From the human T2T-CHM13v2.0 reference genome, Homo sapiens, in the NCBI RefSeq assembly GCF_009914755.1, contig NC_060934.1: DNA of 64,000 bases, one strand, 5' to 3'. The notes under the pieces are model-generated. The model worked only from the letters and a program-made list of their open reading frames with translations. It had not been told where the DNA came from and ran no database searches. Shown here in pieces: positions 49,668 to 64,000 of the stretch (within the stretch, counting starts at the first letter, position 1; every line of letters starts with the position of its first letter). A program made the translations under genes and the position numbers.

Positions 49668-51108
49668 AGATCTTAAAATGATCTGACTGTGCACAATGGG
49701 AAGAATGAAGTAATGTCATTTACTAAATTCCTACTGTTTTCTTGACTCACTTCTATATGTAAAATATCCAGAAACTAGTATATGCCTATTTTTCTTTGTT
49801 ATAATGATTTTCCAACATTTTAGAACAGTTAGGCTTTTCTTTTTCCTGTGATTTGTACACTGGTGCTTCTGTTATTGTTATTGTCTTTCTGCTGACTATC
49901 ACTCATGTACTGATGTGACAGCTGTGTAATTCACCAAACTGTTGGCAGGCCTTAACAATCCAATAAAGCAATACTGCCTAATTGGTCCTGGTCATAAAAC
50001 CTTTAGGGAGACTGTTGGAAAACTAGCTGTGATTGACTGGAATGAGAGAAAATGTTCAACCTGTTGAACATTGGCTAAGGCTATTTGTAATAATAAATGC
50101 ATGTGTGTGTATAAATTTGAATGTATAAATGTGTGTATATCCAGACACATATTTATATTATGTACACATGCCTCTGTTAAATTCTGAATATTTCAACAAC
50201 TTTTTGTTAACACAGGGTCCTTGACTGGGTAATAGTGGTCCTCTTTAGACATTGCTAATTTCATTGCACAAAGAGAATGAAAGTTGTCTCTATGTGAAAA
50301 GTGGAAAAAAAAGATCCTGAGAGTTCTTTAAATTGGAATGTTTTGGTAAAAGTTTTATTGAGATATAATTTATATACCAGGCAATTCACTCATTTAAAGT
50401 GTTCAGTTTTATGGCTCTTAATACATTTATAGAGTTGTGCATCCATTACAATTAATTTTAGAACATTTTTATCAGCTCAAAGAGAAACACCAAATCCATT
50501 AGCTGTCACCCCTTTTCCCTATACATCCATCCCCATAGCATTAAGTGACCACTAATCTACTATGGATCTACTTATTCTGAACGTTTCATACAAGTGAAAT
50601 CATTACAGTATTTACAATATTTATTCCATTGCAATTGGCTTCTTCACTTAACATAATGTTTTCAAGATTCATCCTGTTGTAGCATGTATCAATACTTTCT
50701 TATTATCGCTGAATGATATTTCATTGTATGGATATACCACATTTCATTTATCCTTTCATTGACTGATGAACATTTGTGTTATTTCTACTTTTTGTCTATT
50801 ATGAATAATGCTGCCCTGAATATTCATGTATAATTTTTTGTGTGCAGACAGAGCTTTTCATTTTCTTAGGTATATACTCAGAGTGGAATTCCTGAATCAG
50901 GTTGTAACTCTATGTTTAACTCTTACAGAAAATGCTGGACTATTTTGTAAAGTGGCTGCACTGTTTTACATTCCTACTATCAGTGTGTGAGGTTCCAGTT
51001 TCTCCACATTCATATTAACACTTTTATTATCTTTTTCATTCTATTAATCTTAGTGAGTGTAAAGTGGTATCTTATGGTGCTTTTGATTTGCATTTCCCCG
51101 ATGAAAAA

Positions 51109-51829
51109 TACCTTACTCTGTTTAGGCTACTGTAACAAAATGCTACAGGATGGGTAATTTATAATCAACAGAAACTTATTTCTCATAGTTCTGGAGTCTG
51201 GGAATTCCAATATCAAGGTTCTGGCAGATTTGATGTGTGGTAAGAGCTTGCTCTCTGCTTCCAAGATGCATCCTCACCTGGTAGAAGGAGGAAAAGGGCC
51301 AAAAAGGCTTCCTCACGTCCTTTTATAAGGCCACTTACCTCATTCATGAAGACAGTGTCCTCATGATCTAACCACCTTCTAAAGGCCTCGTTTTCTGATA
51401 TGGTTTGGCTGTGTCCCCATCCAAATCTCATCTTGAATTTATTTCCCATAATTCCCATGTGTTGTGGGAGGGGCCCGGTAGGAGATAACCGAATCATGGG
51501 GGCAGCTTCCTCCATATTGTTCTCATGGTAGTGAATAAGTCTCACAAGATCTGATGGTTTTATAAGGGGCTTCCCCTTTCTCTTGGCTCTCATTCTCTCT
51601 TGCCTGACACCATATAAGACATGTCTTTCACTTTCTGCCATAATTGTGAGGCCTCCCCAGTATGTGGAACCGTAAGTTCATTAAACATCTTTTTCTTTAT
51701 AAATTACCCAGTCTCGGATATGTCTTTATTAGCAGTGTGAGGACAGACTAATACACGTCCTAATATGATTGCATTGGAGATTAAGTTTCAACATGAAATT
51801 TGGAGAGACACTGCATTCAAACCAAAGCA
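51109..51829 (-). mobile_element. MST/MLT1A-family LTR, split by THE1B
   Basis: CAGAAACTTATTTCTCATAGTTCTGGAG... resumes at ~51757 ...TTTCAACATGAAATTTGG...CAAACCAAAGCA. Confidence 0.75.
51396..51755 (+). mobile_element. THE1B-like solo LTR
   Basis: TGATATGGTTTGGCTGTGTCCCC...ACAGACTAATACA. Confidence 0.9.
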
Positions 51830-52319
51830 GATAACAATGTCGAAGATTTTTTCATGTACTTATTAGCCATTTGCATATATTCTTTGGAGAAATATATTCA
51901 GATCCTTTGCCAATTTTAAAAATTGTATTATTTGACATTTTATCATTGAGTTTTAATTGTTCTTTTTATAGTGTAAACACATCACTTTCTTGATGATATT
52001 CTTTGAAGCACAAAGATTTTTAATATTGATGAGAATGAATTCATCTATTTTATGCTTATATTTTTGTTATGAGACTGCAGCTTTTCAGAGGACCAATCCA
52101 CATATTTCATCCACATTGGAAATGGGTAGGTTTTCTCACACTTAGCAGTGCCATTATACATAGTAGCTCCCTGGCATGGTGTGTTAAGAACTCTGGAGAC
52201 TATTCCAGACTTACTGGGAAGCAGAGTAATGTTTTTTCAAGGAAGAGGAACTGATTGTGTTATGTACCCTTTAGCTTATGTTCACATGAGTGTTGATTTG
52301 TAAATAATAATAATAATAA

Positions 52320-52620
52320 ACTGGGTGTGGCGGCTAATATCTATAATTCTAGCACTTTGGGAGGCTATGGAGGGAGGATTGCTTGGGCCCAAAAGTTTGA
52401 GACCAGTCTAAGCAACATAGCAAGACCTCAATCGCTACAAAAAATGTTTTTAAAAAATCTGGGCATGGTGACACATGCCTGTGGTCCTAACTACTCAGGA
52501 GACTGAAGTGGAAGGATTGTTTGAGCCTGGAATTTCAAGGCTGCAATGAGCCATGATCATACCACTGCACTCCAGCCTGGGTCACAGACATTGTCTTAAA
52601 AATAAATAAATAAAAATAAT
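52320..52620 (+). mobile_element. AluJ
   Basis: Diverged dimer; GGAGGATTGCTTGGGCCC; (AAAT)n tail. Confidence 0.88.
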
Positions 52621-54849
52621 TGTAAAATTAATAATTCTAAGTATAAATAATTAATAATATTTTCCCTGAATTGCCAAGAAGAAAAGTAATGGCATGTAGT
52701 TTGAACAGTTTTGATGAGGAGAAAAATGAATCTGGTGGACTTTCTTCCTTTATTTTTTCTTTTCAGTCCTGCCTTCTGCTTAATTGTATTTATTCATTTA
52801 CTCAGAAAATATTTATAAGGATGTTCCAGACACCTATGATGTATTAAACAAGAAAAACTTGAGCCCACATGTAGCATACATTAATCAATGATTAATTTTT
52901 TTTTAATCTCCACCTCTCTTGCACTTTTGGCCTTCTGCCTTTCATTGTCCTTGACCCCTGGATGCTGAACAGTGCTTCTAGAATGAAGATCTTAAAGCTG
53001 CGTGGTCATACTCCCATGCATTGACCCAAACTTATTACTAGGCAAGAAGGCAAAACCTACCACTCCTGACCAGCATCTGATAAAGATAAAACAGAAGTTG
53101 AGTATGGTGAACAACAATGCCCCAAGGTATTTTCTCAGACTAAATGGAGTACAAGTAGAGAATCCAAATGCTAAGAGTTAGTTATCAGACAATATTTTCA
53201 ACCCACCACAGACTCTGGTTTGTCGAAACCATGATTGCAGCTATTCTCAAACTCATTCTAACCTTGAAACAGAGCAAAAGAGACTAAGTATGGGCAAAAG
53301 ATGAATGAGTGCTTTCTGAAGCTCTTTCCAGATTTATACAAGTTAATATCTGATAATTTTTTAAATGGAATTTTAAAATGACCAAATAAAAGTAAAATTG
53401 CCTCATGACAAATCTTATTTTTCAAAATCCTTTTTATAAACTTACAATCAATAAATACTAGTGTTTTCAAGAACTAAGATAACCTGTTTACGTTATGGGT
53501 TAAAACCATTTGTATTCAAATCAGAACATACATCTTGACTAGATCTATTTCTAAAAATATCTGATCTCATAAGACTGTGAGACATGACCTTATACAAGTA
53601 ACCAAATCAAGTAATTTTAGAAATTTCTAACTCAGTCTGAAGTTTGACAATGAATGTTGCATTTAAACTTTTTCTATACTTAAAATATTCCAGACTTTAA
53701 TTCATTACTCATTAATAAACCATTTCTTTTTAGCAATGGATTTCAGCACTATCTACATTTTACTAAATCATCAGATAGAAAGTAAAAATTCACCCAATTA
53801 CCTGGAAACTTTCCTTCTTTCTTTTTTTAAACAGTCATTTTGATATATCACACACAGAGATTAACCATAGATTTTCCTTGGAATGAAAACATTTAGATTG
53901 TGATGATACTACCTTAGTAGCTCTTATAAAACTACACCAATTTTTTTATTTTTATTTTTTTCTTTCCACTGGAGATAATAAGATGAGACATAGCTGAACG
54001 TTTCATTTTAAATTGTCTGGGTAGCCACAAACTAATAGGCAGATACATGGATACTTGATAGCTTCTATTTGTAATTTACACTTTTACCTACAGGCAGAAA
54101 GCTGTACTAGAAAATTGGAGAAGGAAAAGAAGCATTTTTTTTTTCAGCTACTTTTATCATCAGACTAATAGAGAGCTTTTCCCCCTTGTAATGTACTTTC
54201 CAGTATTATATCTGATCCCTCCAGGATTCTGTTTGACATATGGAATTAAAAATAAGGTAATAACAAGCCAAGTGCTTGGGAAGATTATTTCTTTTCATTT
54301 CTTGCTATTTCATGAGAACATTGAGAATATGTTTTTGATCAAGAGCCAGAGTTATATTTCCTATATTTGTATATGTATCTGAGCCTAATAGCCCCTGAAT
54401 AGCTCCTTTGGCAAATTCATATGCATGCAGAAGTGCATGAGGCTTCAGAGGAAATGAACTCACTGTATCTATTTTTTAGAAAAGATGATAAAACACTATT
54501 AGAATTTGTCATCCTGGCTTGGATTTTCTTAGTTATTGTTGCAAGTAAAACTCAGCCTTCATCACAATTAAGCATACAATGTGAAGTACTTTTCTAACCT
54601 TTAATTGACCTAAACACAATTTTGTTGTTAGTGGTGATGGGCAAAAAAATGGGGAGGGCAATAGCCTAGGTTTTCAATGTCAAAAGGAATTTTCAGGAGT
54701 TTAAATTGGTGCCAGGTAAACCACAGAAAAATATTTCTAGTTCATTGAAAATTTTGGATTGATTTTTTTTTTTGGTTTGATGACTAGGTTATAAATTCCC
54801 GATAAACCTTTGTTTAATAAATGCTACTTGGTATCAAGTAAAAAACCAA

Positions 54850-55025
54850 AAAAGCTGTCGTTAGGATTCCAACACCTGGGTTCTAGATCTAGTTCAACCA
54901 TGAATTAGCAAGTCAGGAATGTTTTCTGGGCCTGAGACTTCAAATCTATAAATTGAAGAGTGAGAAATAAAAGAAGTAAGATTAAGGGATCTGTCAAATT
55001 CCTCTAGCTGGAAATTTCTACATTA
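54850..55025 (+). mobile_element. MIR-family fragment
   Basis: ACCTGGGTTCTAGATCTAGTTC...TCTGGGCCTGAG...ATCTATAAA. Confidence 0.45.
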
Positions 55026-56699
55026 GCATACTTTTTTTTTTCTAAAATTGCCTTTATCATATTATTTCTTTCTTCTAGCTTCCTATATTTATTAGGATAT
55101 TTCTGAGTTATGCTGAGATTGTTTTAAATTTTCATTCCAATGTATTAAATTTTACAAGAAAATTAATATAACAAATATAATTTTATTGTAAAGTATTATA
55201 ACTCTAAATCACAACTATACTTCTCTTTTAAATTCTCTACCCTTAACGTGTCTTGGGGGTTCCTCTTTCTGCCAAGGACATTTGACTACGGATAAAACAT
55301 TTTAAATTGATAAACCCTGACTAGAAAATGGAGAAGTGACCAGAGACATTCAGGTGGGTCACATTGTCAAAAAAAAGGAATCCATTTGTCCTGTCAATTG
55401 ATGCCCCTTGGGCTTTTGCAAGACTGGGTTCAGAGTCAGGTGTGATACTATTGATATACTATCAGTTCCCCTCCTCTGTACCTCCACCCCCCCGCCGCCC
55501 CCCAGCAGAGCGGTGAGAGCAAGGCCATTGTGCAAAGGCAGATCTTTGGAAACGAAGAGAGAGGCTTGGATTATTTACCAAAATGACATTCTCAGCTTCT
55601 AAAACACTGACAGCTGGGTGATTTAGTTTCCCCTTTGGAATTGTTGCCTTCCCTCTCAATAGTCTCTCATCATTCTCCCCCAGCTTTCTCTCCCTAGCAC
55701 AGATGGTAGTTCCAAAGATGTTCACCTAAGGAAAGAACCCTGGTGCTGTAAAAATAAACAAGACTGTTTCCCCTCTGGGTTTCTATCACTAATACAACCG
55801 TTCCCACTGTCTTGTCCTGTTTTTAAAAGGTGAAGAACAGTCAAGGGAATAGTGATGATAGAAAAAGTCAATGAATAAGGGATATTGTGAATATAGAAGT
55901 TTTTATGTGCCAGAGATGAGAACTTTTCTTCTTGCTTTTAAATACAAGTTTAACTTTTCAATTTTAAGATTTTCTTCTTTGAAACATACCAACACACCCA
56001 CACACCCTCCCACATACTCACACATTATTTAAAAGGCATCTTTAGGACTGAAAGCACTTTATTTTAAATCTATTGACATTATTTTTCTCAAAGAAAGTTA
56101 ATAGTACTCAATACATTTTTTTCTTTTGTGCTTGTTTTTAACTTTACTTATTTATCATGATTGTCAGTGAATCATAGAGAATATGAAGCAGTCCCCTAAA
56201 TGTCCGATAAAGAGTAAACATTATTGGTAGGTTTTTATATCCCTTCATAAAGATTACAGATTTCAAAGGTATTTTGTAGTGTACTTTAAAATAATGAAGG
56301 GACAATTAAAAACAAACACACAAATAAAATTATTGCAGGATTGATAGGGCCTAATTCTGTTTCTTCCACACATTTATTTTAGAGAGAATGGGAGAAGAAA
56401 TGGGCACATTTGTGTTATCACAACACATGGAGGAGGTTCCAACAGGGAGGTTAGGATCAAGGGACCATCGTCATGTTCAGAGTTTCAGGGTGCATGAATA
56501 GTAGGGAGAATTCAACAGTAAGGATAGAACAAAGGACCCCCTCTTGGCTAAAGGTAGTTAATTTGACTAATATGCCTAATCCAAAAACCATTACTAATAA
56601 TGAAAAAATCTTTTTTTTAAAAAAATCACGTCTATTCTTTTATATTTGAAGAAGTTTTAAATTTTTATTTATTTTCCTCATGGTTGCTGGGAAATAGAG

Positions 56700-56920
56700 T
56701 GTATGGTAGAAATAAGATCTTTTAGACTGAGATGAAAGCTGTACTCTAGTTGTGTAAGGAATTTTGGGCATGTCATTTTTTACTTCTCTGTGTCTTATTT
56801 TCTGGACTAATAAAACTAGATGAAAATACTTGTGTTGCTTACTTCACAGAGATGATGTGCAATAATGGATGTCAAATTCCTTTGTGAGTTATAAAATTCA
56901 ATATACATGTGTGGTGTTAT
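56700..56920 (+). mobile_element. MIR fragment
   Basis: TTTGGGCATGTCATTTTTTACTTCTCTGTGTCTTATTTTC. Confidence 0.5.
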
Positions 56921-57364
56921 TAGTGCTGATTGGTTAGAACATCTTTATCTGTCTCCAGGTTGTAATATTTTAAGTCTCTTGAAGGCCATAAAGCAAGATT
57001 GCTTTTAATCACAGCATCAATACAATTCATAATGACAATTTTCCCATAATGCTGTGGTGAGAATTGTACATAAAGCTATTGGAAACCTCACAGGGCCCTA
57101 GAGGTTTAGCATTAGTAAGAGATCATTTGACTCAAGATTCTCTGACTCATTAGATTTACTTTAAACTAGAAAATTGTAAGAAAACTAGATTTGGTCAAGA
57201 AAACTAGATTTCAGCCACTTTTCACTTCTAACATATTCCTATGATAATGGGAATGTTTACTTAGTTCTCTCCAGTCTTTATTTACCACTTGCAAGCATCC
57301 TGCTAATGTAGATAGCAAAATTAATTGGTGAATATGCCAGTTGAAAAAAAATTGTGTATATGTA

Positions 57365-57680
57365 TAGTCATTTCTTGATATCTGCATGGGGTGAGGCATG
57401 GTGGAAAGGATTAGTTCCAGGATGTGTGCAAATACCAATAAGCAAGCCCTTGATATAAAACAGTGTAGTATTTGTATACAACCTATACATGTCCTCCCAA
57501 ATACTTTGTCATCTCTAGATTACTTATAATACCTAATACAATGTAAATGCCTGTAAATGCTACAGAAATTATTATACTGCATTGGTTTTTATTTGTATTA
57601 TTATTCTTTCTTTATATTTTTGATCCTTTGTTGTTTGAATTCATGAATGTGGAATCTGTGAAAATGGAGGGCTGACTATA
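57365..57680 (+). mobile_element. MER2 (TcMar-Tigger) DNA transposon
   Basis: TTGATATAAAACAGTGTAGTATTTG...ATCTCTAGATTACTTATAATACCTAATACAATGTAAATGC...GGAGGGCTGACT. Confidence 0.85.
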
Positions 57681-57899
57681 TGCCTTCAAGAAAGGAAGAA
57701 GTAGTTTGATATGTTATATGTCATATTATAATATCTGAGTTAAATTTCCATCCGAAGCCCTTTTGAAAGCATTGTCGTACTTGGTGATTGTATCTTTGAA
57801 AGACTTACCATATATTTTTTAAGGTATAGCCTTACTTGTTACTTAAGACTTTCAGAGAGCAAACCCACTGTGGAAGGAAGGGAGGAAGGAAGAAAGCAA

Positions 57900-59170
57900 A
57901 CTACTAATTTTTACTGAAACACTTCTATGCTCCAGGATGTTGCATATGATGGGGAATTTAGTCTTAATGCTGTGAGATAAAGTTTTCTTGTTTACATTTT
58001 ACAGATGAGAAAACTAATGTATAGAAAAATTAAATTAGTTGACAGGGCCATATCACTAACAGTGGCAGAGACAGTATTACAATGAAAGTTTATTAAAGCA
58101 GTATGCTTTTTATACATGCTGATGGGACTGATACATGTAATAGGCACTAGTTACAGATTACCTAACATGACTAATCTTTACACAGATGTCTTATGAGTGA
58201 GAAAATGTTTTAAGTGCACTATGTATGTTAATTCATTTGATTCTTTCCACAACCCTATGTTTTAGATAGTATTACCAGTCAGATTTACCGATGAGGCAAC
58301 TAAGCACAGATGAATCAACTAACTTGCAGAAGATTACTCAGCTAGAAAATATTAGGGCTGGAATTCAAATCCTTGTAGTGTGACTCCAGAGTTCACATTC
58401 TGGTAAGATGCTTATCCTTCTATATGCTAATTTTTAATCTCCAGGGAAACTCTATAAAATACATCTTGTCTCGATTTTTTCAAATGAGGAATCCAAAGGT
58501 TCAGTAGCCTTTAAAGCTGGCATACAGTCCAGTTTTACTCTCTCCTGTCTGGAGGTGTTCCAATACATCTTTCAGCTGTATTGAGTATGAAGTGAGGGCT
58601 AGATAACACTAAATATTGGTCTGATTTTTTCCAGTGCAATTCTAAAAGAAAAGAAAATCTAGACTTGTTCATGCTTTATACTTCTAAGGCTTTTTATGAA
58701 GTGGCAGAAAATTTGAGACAAATGCAGTGATATGATCATGCTGGTTATGAATGTAGGATTCAGACACAAACAGAACTGGGCTTTCTGTCTTGCTTTCTAC
58801 CTATTGGTTGTTTATTCTTTGACAGTTACTTAAACTTTCTTAGCCTCTATTTGTTCAACAATACATGAGAAATCATGATAGTGTCTATGTCATAGGGTTT
58901 TGAGTGACATTTAAATGAGTTACTACTAATAAATTACTTTGCCTAGTACCCATACATTGCAATCATTTAACAACTTTCATTAAAAAGGTGTAAAAAACTA
59001 AAATGGCCCCAAACTAGTCACATCTTATCAGTGTGTTGGTGTCAATTCAACCATGCACTCACTTACTCACTCACTTATTCAACATTTATTGTGCATTGCT
59101 ATGTTCCAGAATTTAGTTCTTCAAAGATAATGAGAATATAGACTCTGAACTTCAGCAATTCCTTATCTCC
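57900..59170. mobile_element. Cluster of MIR fragments (minus ~57900-58100 and ~58190-58400; plus ~58740-58980) and an L2 tail (~59060-59170)
   Basis: CATTTTACAGATGAGAAAACT; GGGCTGGAATTCAAATCC...TGACTCCAGAG; CATAGGGTTTTGAGTGACATTTAAATGAG; ATTCAACATTTATTG. Confidence 0.6.
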
Positions 59171-60286
59171 TAAGTAGAGCATTCCAAAAAGTGTGTACTT
59201 CACAACCCTAATTCTTCCAAATATTCCACAGAGAAGTGTTTTATGAACAAATAAATTTGGGCATGTTTCTGTATAGTGTCTCCTTATTGAAGATTCGCAG
59301 CATGCATTGAATATAAAGGCTCTGAGAAGACTGGCATTAGAATGAGCTGTTAACTGTTTAACTTAACACTTTTCCAGCGCAACTAAGCTAAACAAATGGC
59401 ATCTTTTCTGGAATGGGTCCACATGGTGGCTACTGATATGGTGAAGGAATTTTTCTCAATGTCCAACTATATAGGCCATAAAAATAGTAAAAAAAAAAAG
59501 TAGTTCATGTTTATGTCCTAAAGATAGCTGTACACATTCACTGTCTTGTCTCAGGTTTATGTCAACTACTCTTGTCACAACATAGTCCAAGGAGACCTTG
59601 ATCCCCTTTGGGACAAGCAATCTGGTTTTGCTGAAGTAATAACTGTGAGTGAGGGAACTCTAGAATGGTTGATAAGGGAGATGATAAATATCAGTTTCAG
59701 CCTCAAAATGGTTGTTAATTGCGTATTTTTGTATTGAGACTTTTCAAAATTTGCATCTGATCACTTGCCTCTGTGATGGACTGCAGTAGAGCAGAGCTTA
59801 TTGGTATAAGGTGTGAACTTTATCAGGCATTTTGCATTTCCTGTTTCACAGCTTCTCAATTCATCTTTTTATTCCAGGCTCTGCAATAACCAGCTGCATG
59901 AGTATGTAGCCATTAATACCTTGCCACATCTGCACCATGAATCTGTTTCTTGCTGCTCCAGTACTTGTCTGCTACTGTGTCAGACACTTGTAGTAGCTCA
60001 CTCAGCCAATCTAATGCATGCATACTTGAAATTGCAATGAATTTAACACCCTCAGGTGTTAAACTATCAATTGAGAAAGGAGAATTCATGTACAAATATG
60101 ACTCTCTTTCATGTCATGGTTGAAACATTCTGAGGATATTCTACACCTTTTTTTAAGAGGTACTAGGGACTAAGCACAGTGATAAACAGTTGATTAACAT
60201 ACCCTCAAGTTGGCTTTCCTTCCTTACCTGTTCCACTCTTAGTCTCTTCTTAATTTCCTGAAATACTTTTTAAAATAAGCTGTTTA

Positions 60287-60455
60287 ACCAGGTGCAGTGG
60301 CATGCCTATAATCCCAGTGCTTTGGGGGATCAAGGCAAGAGGATAGCTTGAGGCCAGGAGTTCAAGGTTACAGTGAGCTGTGATCATGCTATTGCACTCC
60401 ACTCCAGCTTGGATGGCAGAGCAAGAGCCTGTCTGAATAAATAAATATAAAATAA
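60287..60455 (+). mobile_element. Alu monomer (FRAM/FAM-like) inside an old LTR fragment (~60180-60510)
   Basis: Single-arm Alu GGATAGCTTGAGGCCAGGAGTTCAAGGTTACAGTGAGC with (AATA)n tail. Confidence 0.75.
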
Positions 60456-60589
60456 AGTAAATTATCTGCATACAAGTCTGCTTAATGGGGTAAACTAAGG
60501 TAAAACATAGGTTTATTTGGTGTATGAGAAATGTGCAAGTGCAGTGCAATGAAGAAGTAAATGAGGCTAGATTAACCAAATATAAATAC

Positions 60590-61301
<712 letters not shown>

Positions 61302-61434
61302 CTTATGTATGTAAAAAACTTGATCCCACACAGAAAACCAATTTTATTTGGATTATATTGCTAAATAAGAATGGTGGAACAATAACTATTTTAGAAAATA
61401 AAGTAGTATCTAAGAAGTTGCCATAGATAATTTC

Positions 61435-61737
61435 TTTTTTTTTCTCTTTTTTTTTTGAGATGGAGTCTCGCTCTGTTGCCCAGGCTGGAGTGCAGTGGCG
61501 CGATCTCAGCTCACTGCAAGCTCCCCCTCCCGGTTTCATGCCATTCTCCTGCCTCAGCCTCCTGAGGAGCTGGGACTACAAGCGCCCGCCACCACGCCCG
61601 GCTAATTTTTTATATTTTTAGTAGAGACAGGGTTTCACCGTGTTAGCCAGGATGGTCTCGATCTCCTAACCTTGTGATCCGCCCGCCTCGGCCTCCCAAA
61701 GTGCTGGGATTACAGGCGTGAGCCACCGTGCCCAGCG
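61435..61737 (-). mobile_element. AluY
   Basis: GCTCACTGCAAGCTCC, GCCATTCTCC and TGTTAGCCAGGATGGTCTCGATCTCCT diagnostics; CpG-rich; TSD ATAGATAATTTCT / ATAGGTAATTTCT. Confidence 0.93.
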
Positions 61738-61909
61738 GGATAGGTAATTTCTTAATAGAACACAAAAAGCACTGAAATAAGAAGATGAATACTGTTCATG
61801 GGGCTTCATTTACCTTCTCCTTGATTTATTCAAAAACAATAAACAGAATGAAAGAAAGTCACAGAATTTGAGAAAATATTTGTAATGCATATATCTGAGA
61901 AGAAACCTA

Positions 61910-62299
<390 letters not shown>

Positions 62300-62694
62300 T
62301 TAAATGGACAAAGACTTATATAGGCACTTTACAACCAGGTTGGGCTTTGAGTCCTATTAAACTGCAAATATGCTTAAAACTGTTACACTTTTATAAATAA
62401 TTAATTTCTTAGCGTGAATAATTGTAAACAAGTATAGGGGACATTACAGGAGTTCAGCTAAGAAATGGGCACCTAGGAAGAATAAAGGTAGAAAAATATG
62501 GAAGGTTAAAGGACTATTTTTGTGCTTCAAAGTTTGCTAATAAACATTTAGGTATCTTTTGAAAGAGCAGTAAATATTTATGCTTGCTTGATGGTTGGGT
62601 TGATTGGAGGTGAATGGAAGGAAGAGTCTTTAAGTAGATTATGATTCTCTGGCACATTGTTAAAATATTTGCAACTTGTTTAGATTATTTATTT

Positions 62695-62900
62695 ACTTTA
62701 TTTAATAATCATTTAATAAGCACATAATATAACCAGGCACTTCACTAGGTGCTAGGAATAACGTGGTAAAAAAACAGACATGATTTACGTTCTCATGAAG
62801 CTTACAGATGGGTGGGATGGACAGATACGTTAACACACATTTGCAATATAATTTGATGAGTAATGTTATAGGGGAAATGTGGAGGTATCTAGGCCCTAAG
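62695..62900 (-). mobile_element. L2 3' fragment
   Basis: ATTTAATAAGCACATAATATAACCAGGCACTTCACTAGGTGCTAGGAATA. Confidence 0.65.
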
Positions 62901-63067
62901 ACTCCTAATTGAATCTGTGTACTTTTTAACACCTTTGACATAAATTCTTACAGTCCTCATATTTTCTGAGTTATTGTTGCTGCCAATTTGCCTCATCTGA
63001 GAGACTGTCCCATTTTACTTAGCTGAACTTGAGCTTGACTCTAATAAAAGGCAATCAAATCAGTATG

Positions 63068-63401
63068 CAGTCGTATCTGGGTATCTATGGGGGACTGGTT
63101 TCAGGACCCATCCCTCCCCTGACCCATTCTAGGGGATGCTCAAGTCCCCCTATATAAAATGGTGTAGTATTTACGTATACCCCATGCACATTCTTCCATA
63201 TACTTCAAATCATCACTAGATTACTTATAATACAGAGTACAATGTAAATGCTATGTTAATAGTTGTTATAATGTATTGATTTTTAAAATTTGTATTATTT
63301 TAACTGTTGTTATTTTTAATTGTTTTTTTTCCTGAATATTTTTGATCTGCAGTTAGTTGAACCCATGAAGGCAGAACCTACAGATAGTGGAGGGCCAGCT
63401 G
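63068..63401 (+). mobile_element. MER2 (TcMar-Tigger) DNA transposon, near complete
   Basis: CAGTCGTATCTGGGTATC...GGATGCTCAAGTCCC...GGAGGGCCAGCTG followed by TA. Confidence 0.9.
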
Positions 63402-64000
63402 TATAAAATTTCACATTTTAAGCCGTCTAATAGTTCTAGCAGAAATATTTACTATATTTTTAAAGAGAGAGAAGGTGGTAGACTATTTTGTATAAATTAT
63501 GAGAAAGAAGTAGAATATTGGAAATTAAAACTGAAGAAAAAAGGGATAGAGAAGAAAAAACATTTTTATTGTAAATATATGCTAATATGTACTCAGTTAA
63601 GAGAAAAATGGCTGTATTCACATAGGAAAGAGCTAACCAAGGTATGAATCAGTGCTCAGAATAAAAAATGACAGGCCAAATGGCATGCAATTTATTCTGA
63701 TTAAATTCAGAAAAATGTTTCTGCAAGTGAAACCATTGGATTATAACATACTTTTCTTCAAGAAAGGCTGGTCTTAACAAGACTTTAAAGATGTGATAGT
63801 TTGATGCGTTTAAATAGATCAGTTCACCCATGGCAAATGTGTTATTTTCCACAACTGCAAAGATGATGATTTCAGGGGTAGAAAGGCAGGGAGGTATAAA
63901 CCGTGAGCGTTATGTTCATAAAGTGGAAGTAGAGAAAACACTCTCCAGCCTCCAAACTCTCTCATCCCTGCTCATAACCCAGAACATACAAAAGGAGAAC

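Larger units (their letters stand above)
50350..52050 (-). mobile_element. L1MB-like 3' fragment interrupted by nested LTRs
   Basis: TTTTATTGAGATATAATTTATATACC...TTCACTTAACATAATGTTTTCAAG...GATTTGCATTTCCCCGATGA; resumes at ~51830 with TTTTCATGTACTTATTAGCCATTTG. Confidence 0.8.

Noticed and set aside
50051-50072. Hairpin AATGTTCAAC-CT-GTTGAACATT (also an 11-bp inverted repeat at 461-493)
   Set aside because: 10-11 bp arms in AT-rich DNA are plausible by chance, with no supporting context.

Overview
Repeat-dominated, AT-rich primate genomic DNA. AluY and a full-length L1PA3/4-type element point to human or another great ape. I find no host protein-coding exon, RNA gene or CRISPR array that I can support; every long ORF in the track comes from LINE-1, a MaLR internal region, Alu or simple repeats. 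Main contents: an old L1M scaffold (1-5960) interrupted by MaLR LTRs; a full-length minus-strand L1PA3/4-like element with 15-bp TSDs (8284-14464); a MER9 solo LTR; a complete THE1D-like MaLR element with perfect 5-bp TSDs (35583-37804); a full-length plus-strand L1PB1 (39994-46528); about 14 Alus; and many MIR, L2, MLT, MST and MER fragments. The most notable structure not explained by transposons is an ~880-bp inverted duplication (29392-30263 / 31159-32047) around an 895-bp spacer. Its junctions look like template-switch products and its identity is patchy (~99% in the inner unique part versus ~91% in the embedded Alu), which suggests gene conversion and a possibly recurrent or polymorphic inversion. 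I see no evidence of a novel multi-gene system. Subfamily names are from recalled consensus sequences, boundaries of old repeats are approximate, and all mismatch counts were made by eye.
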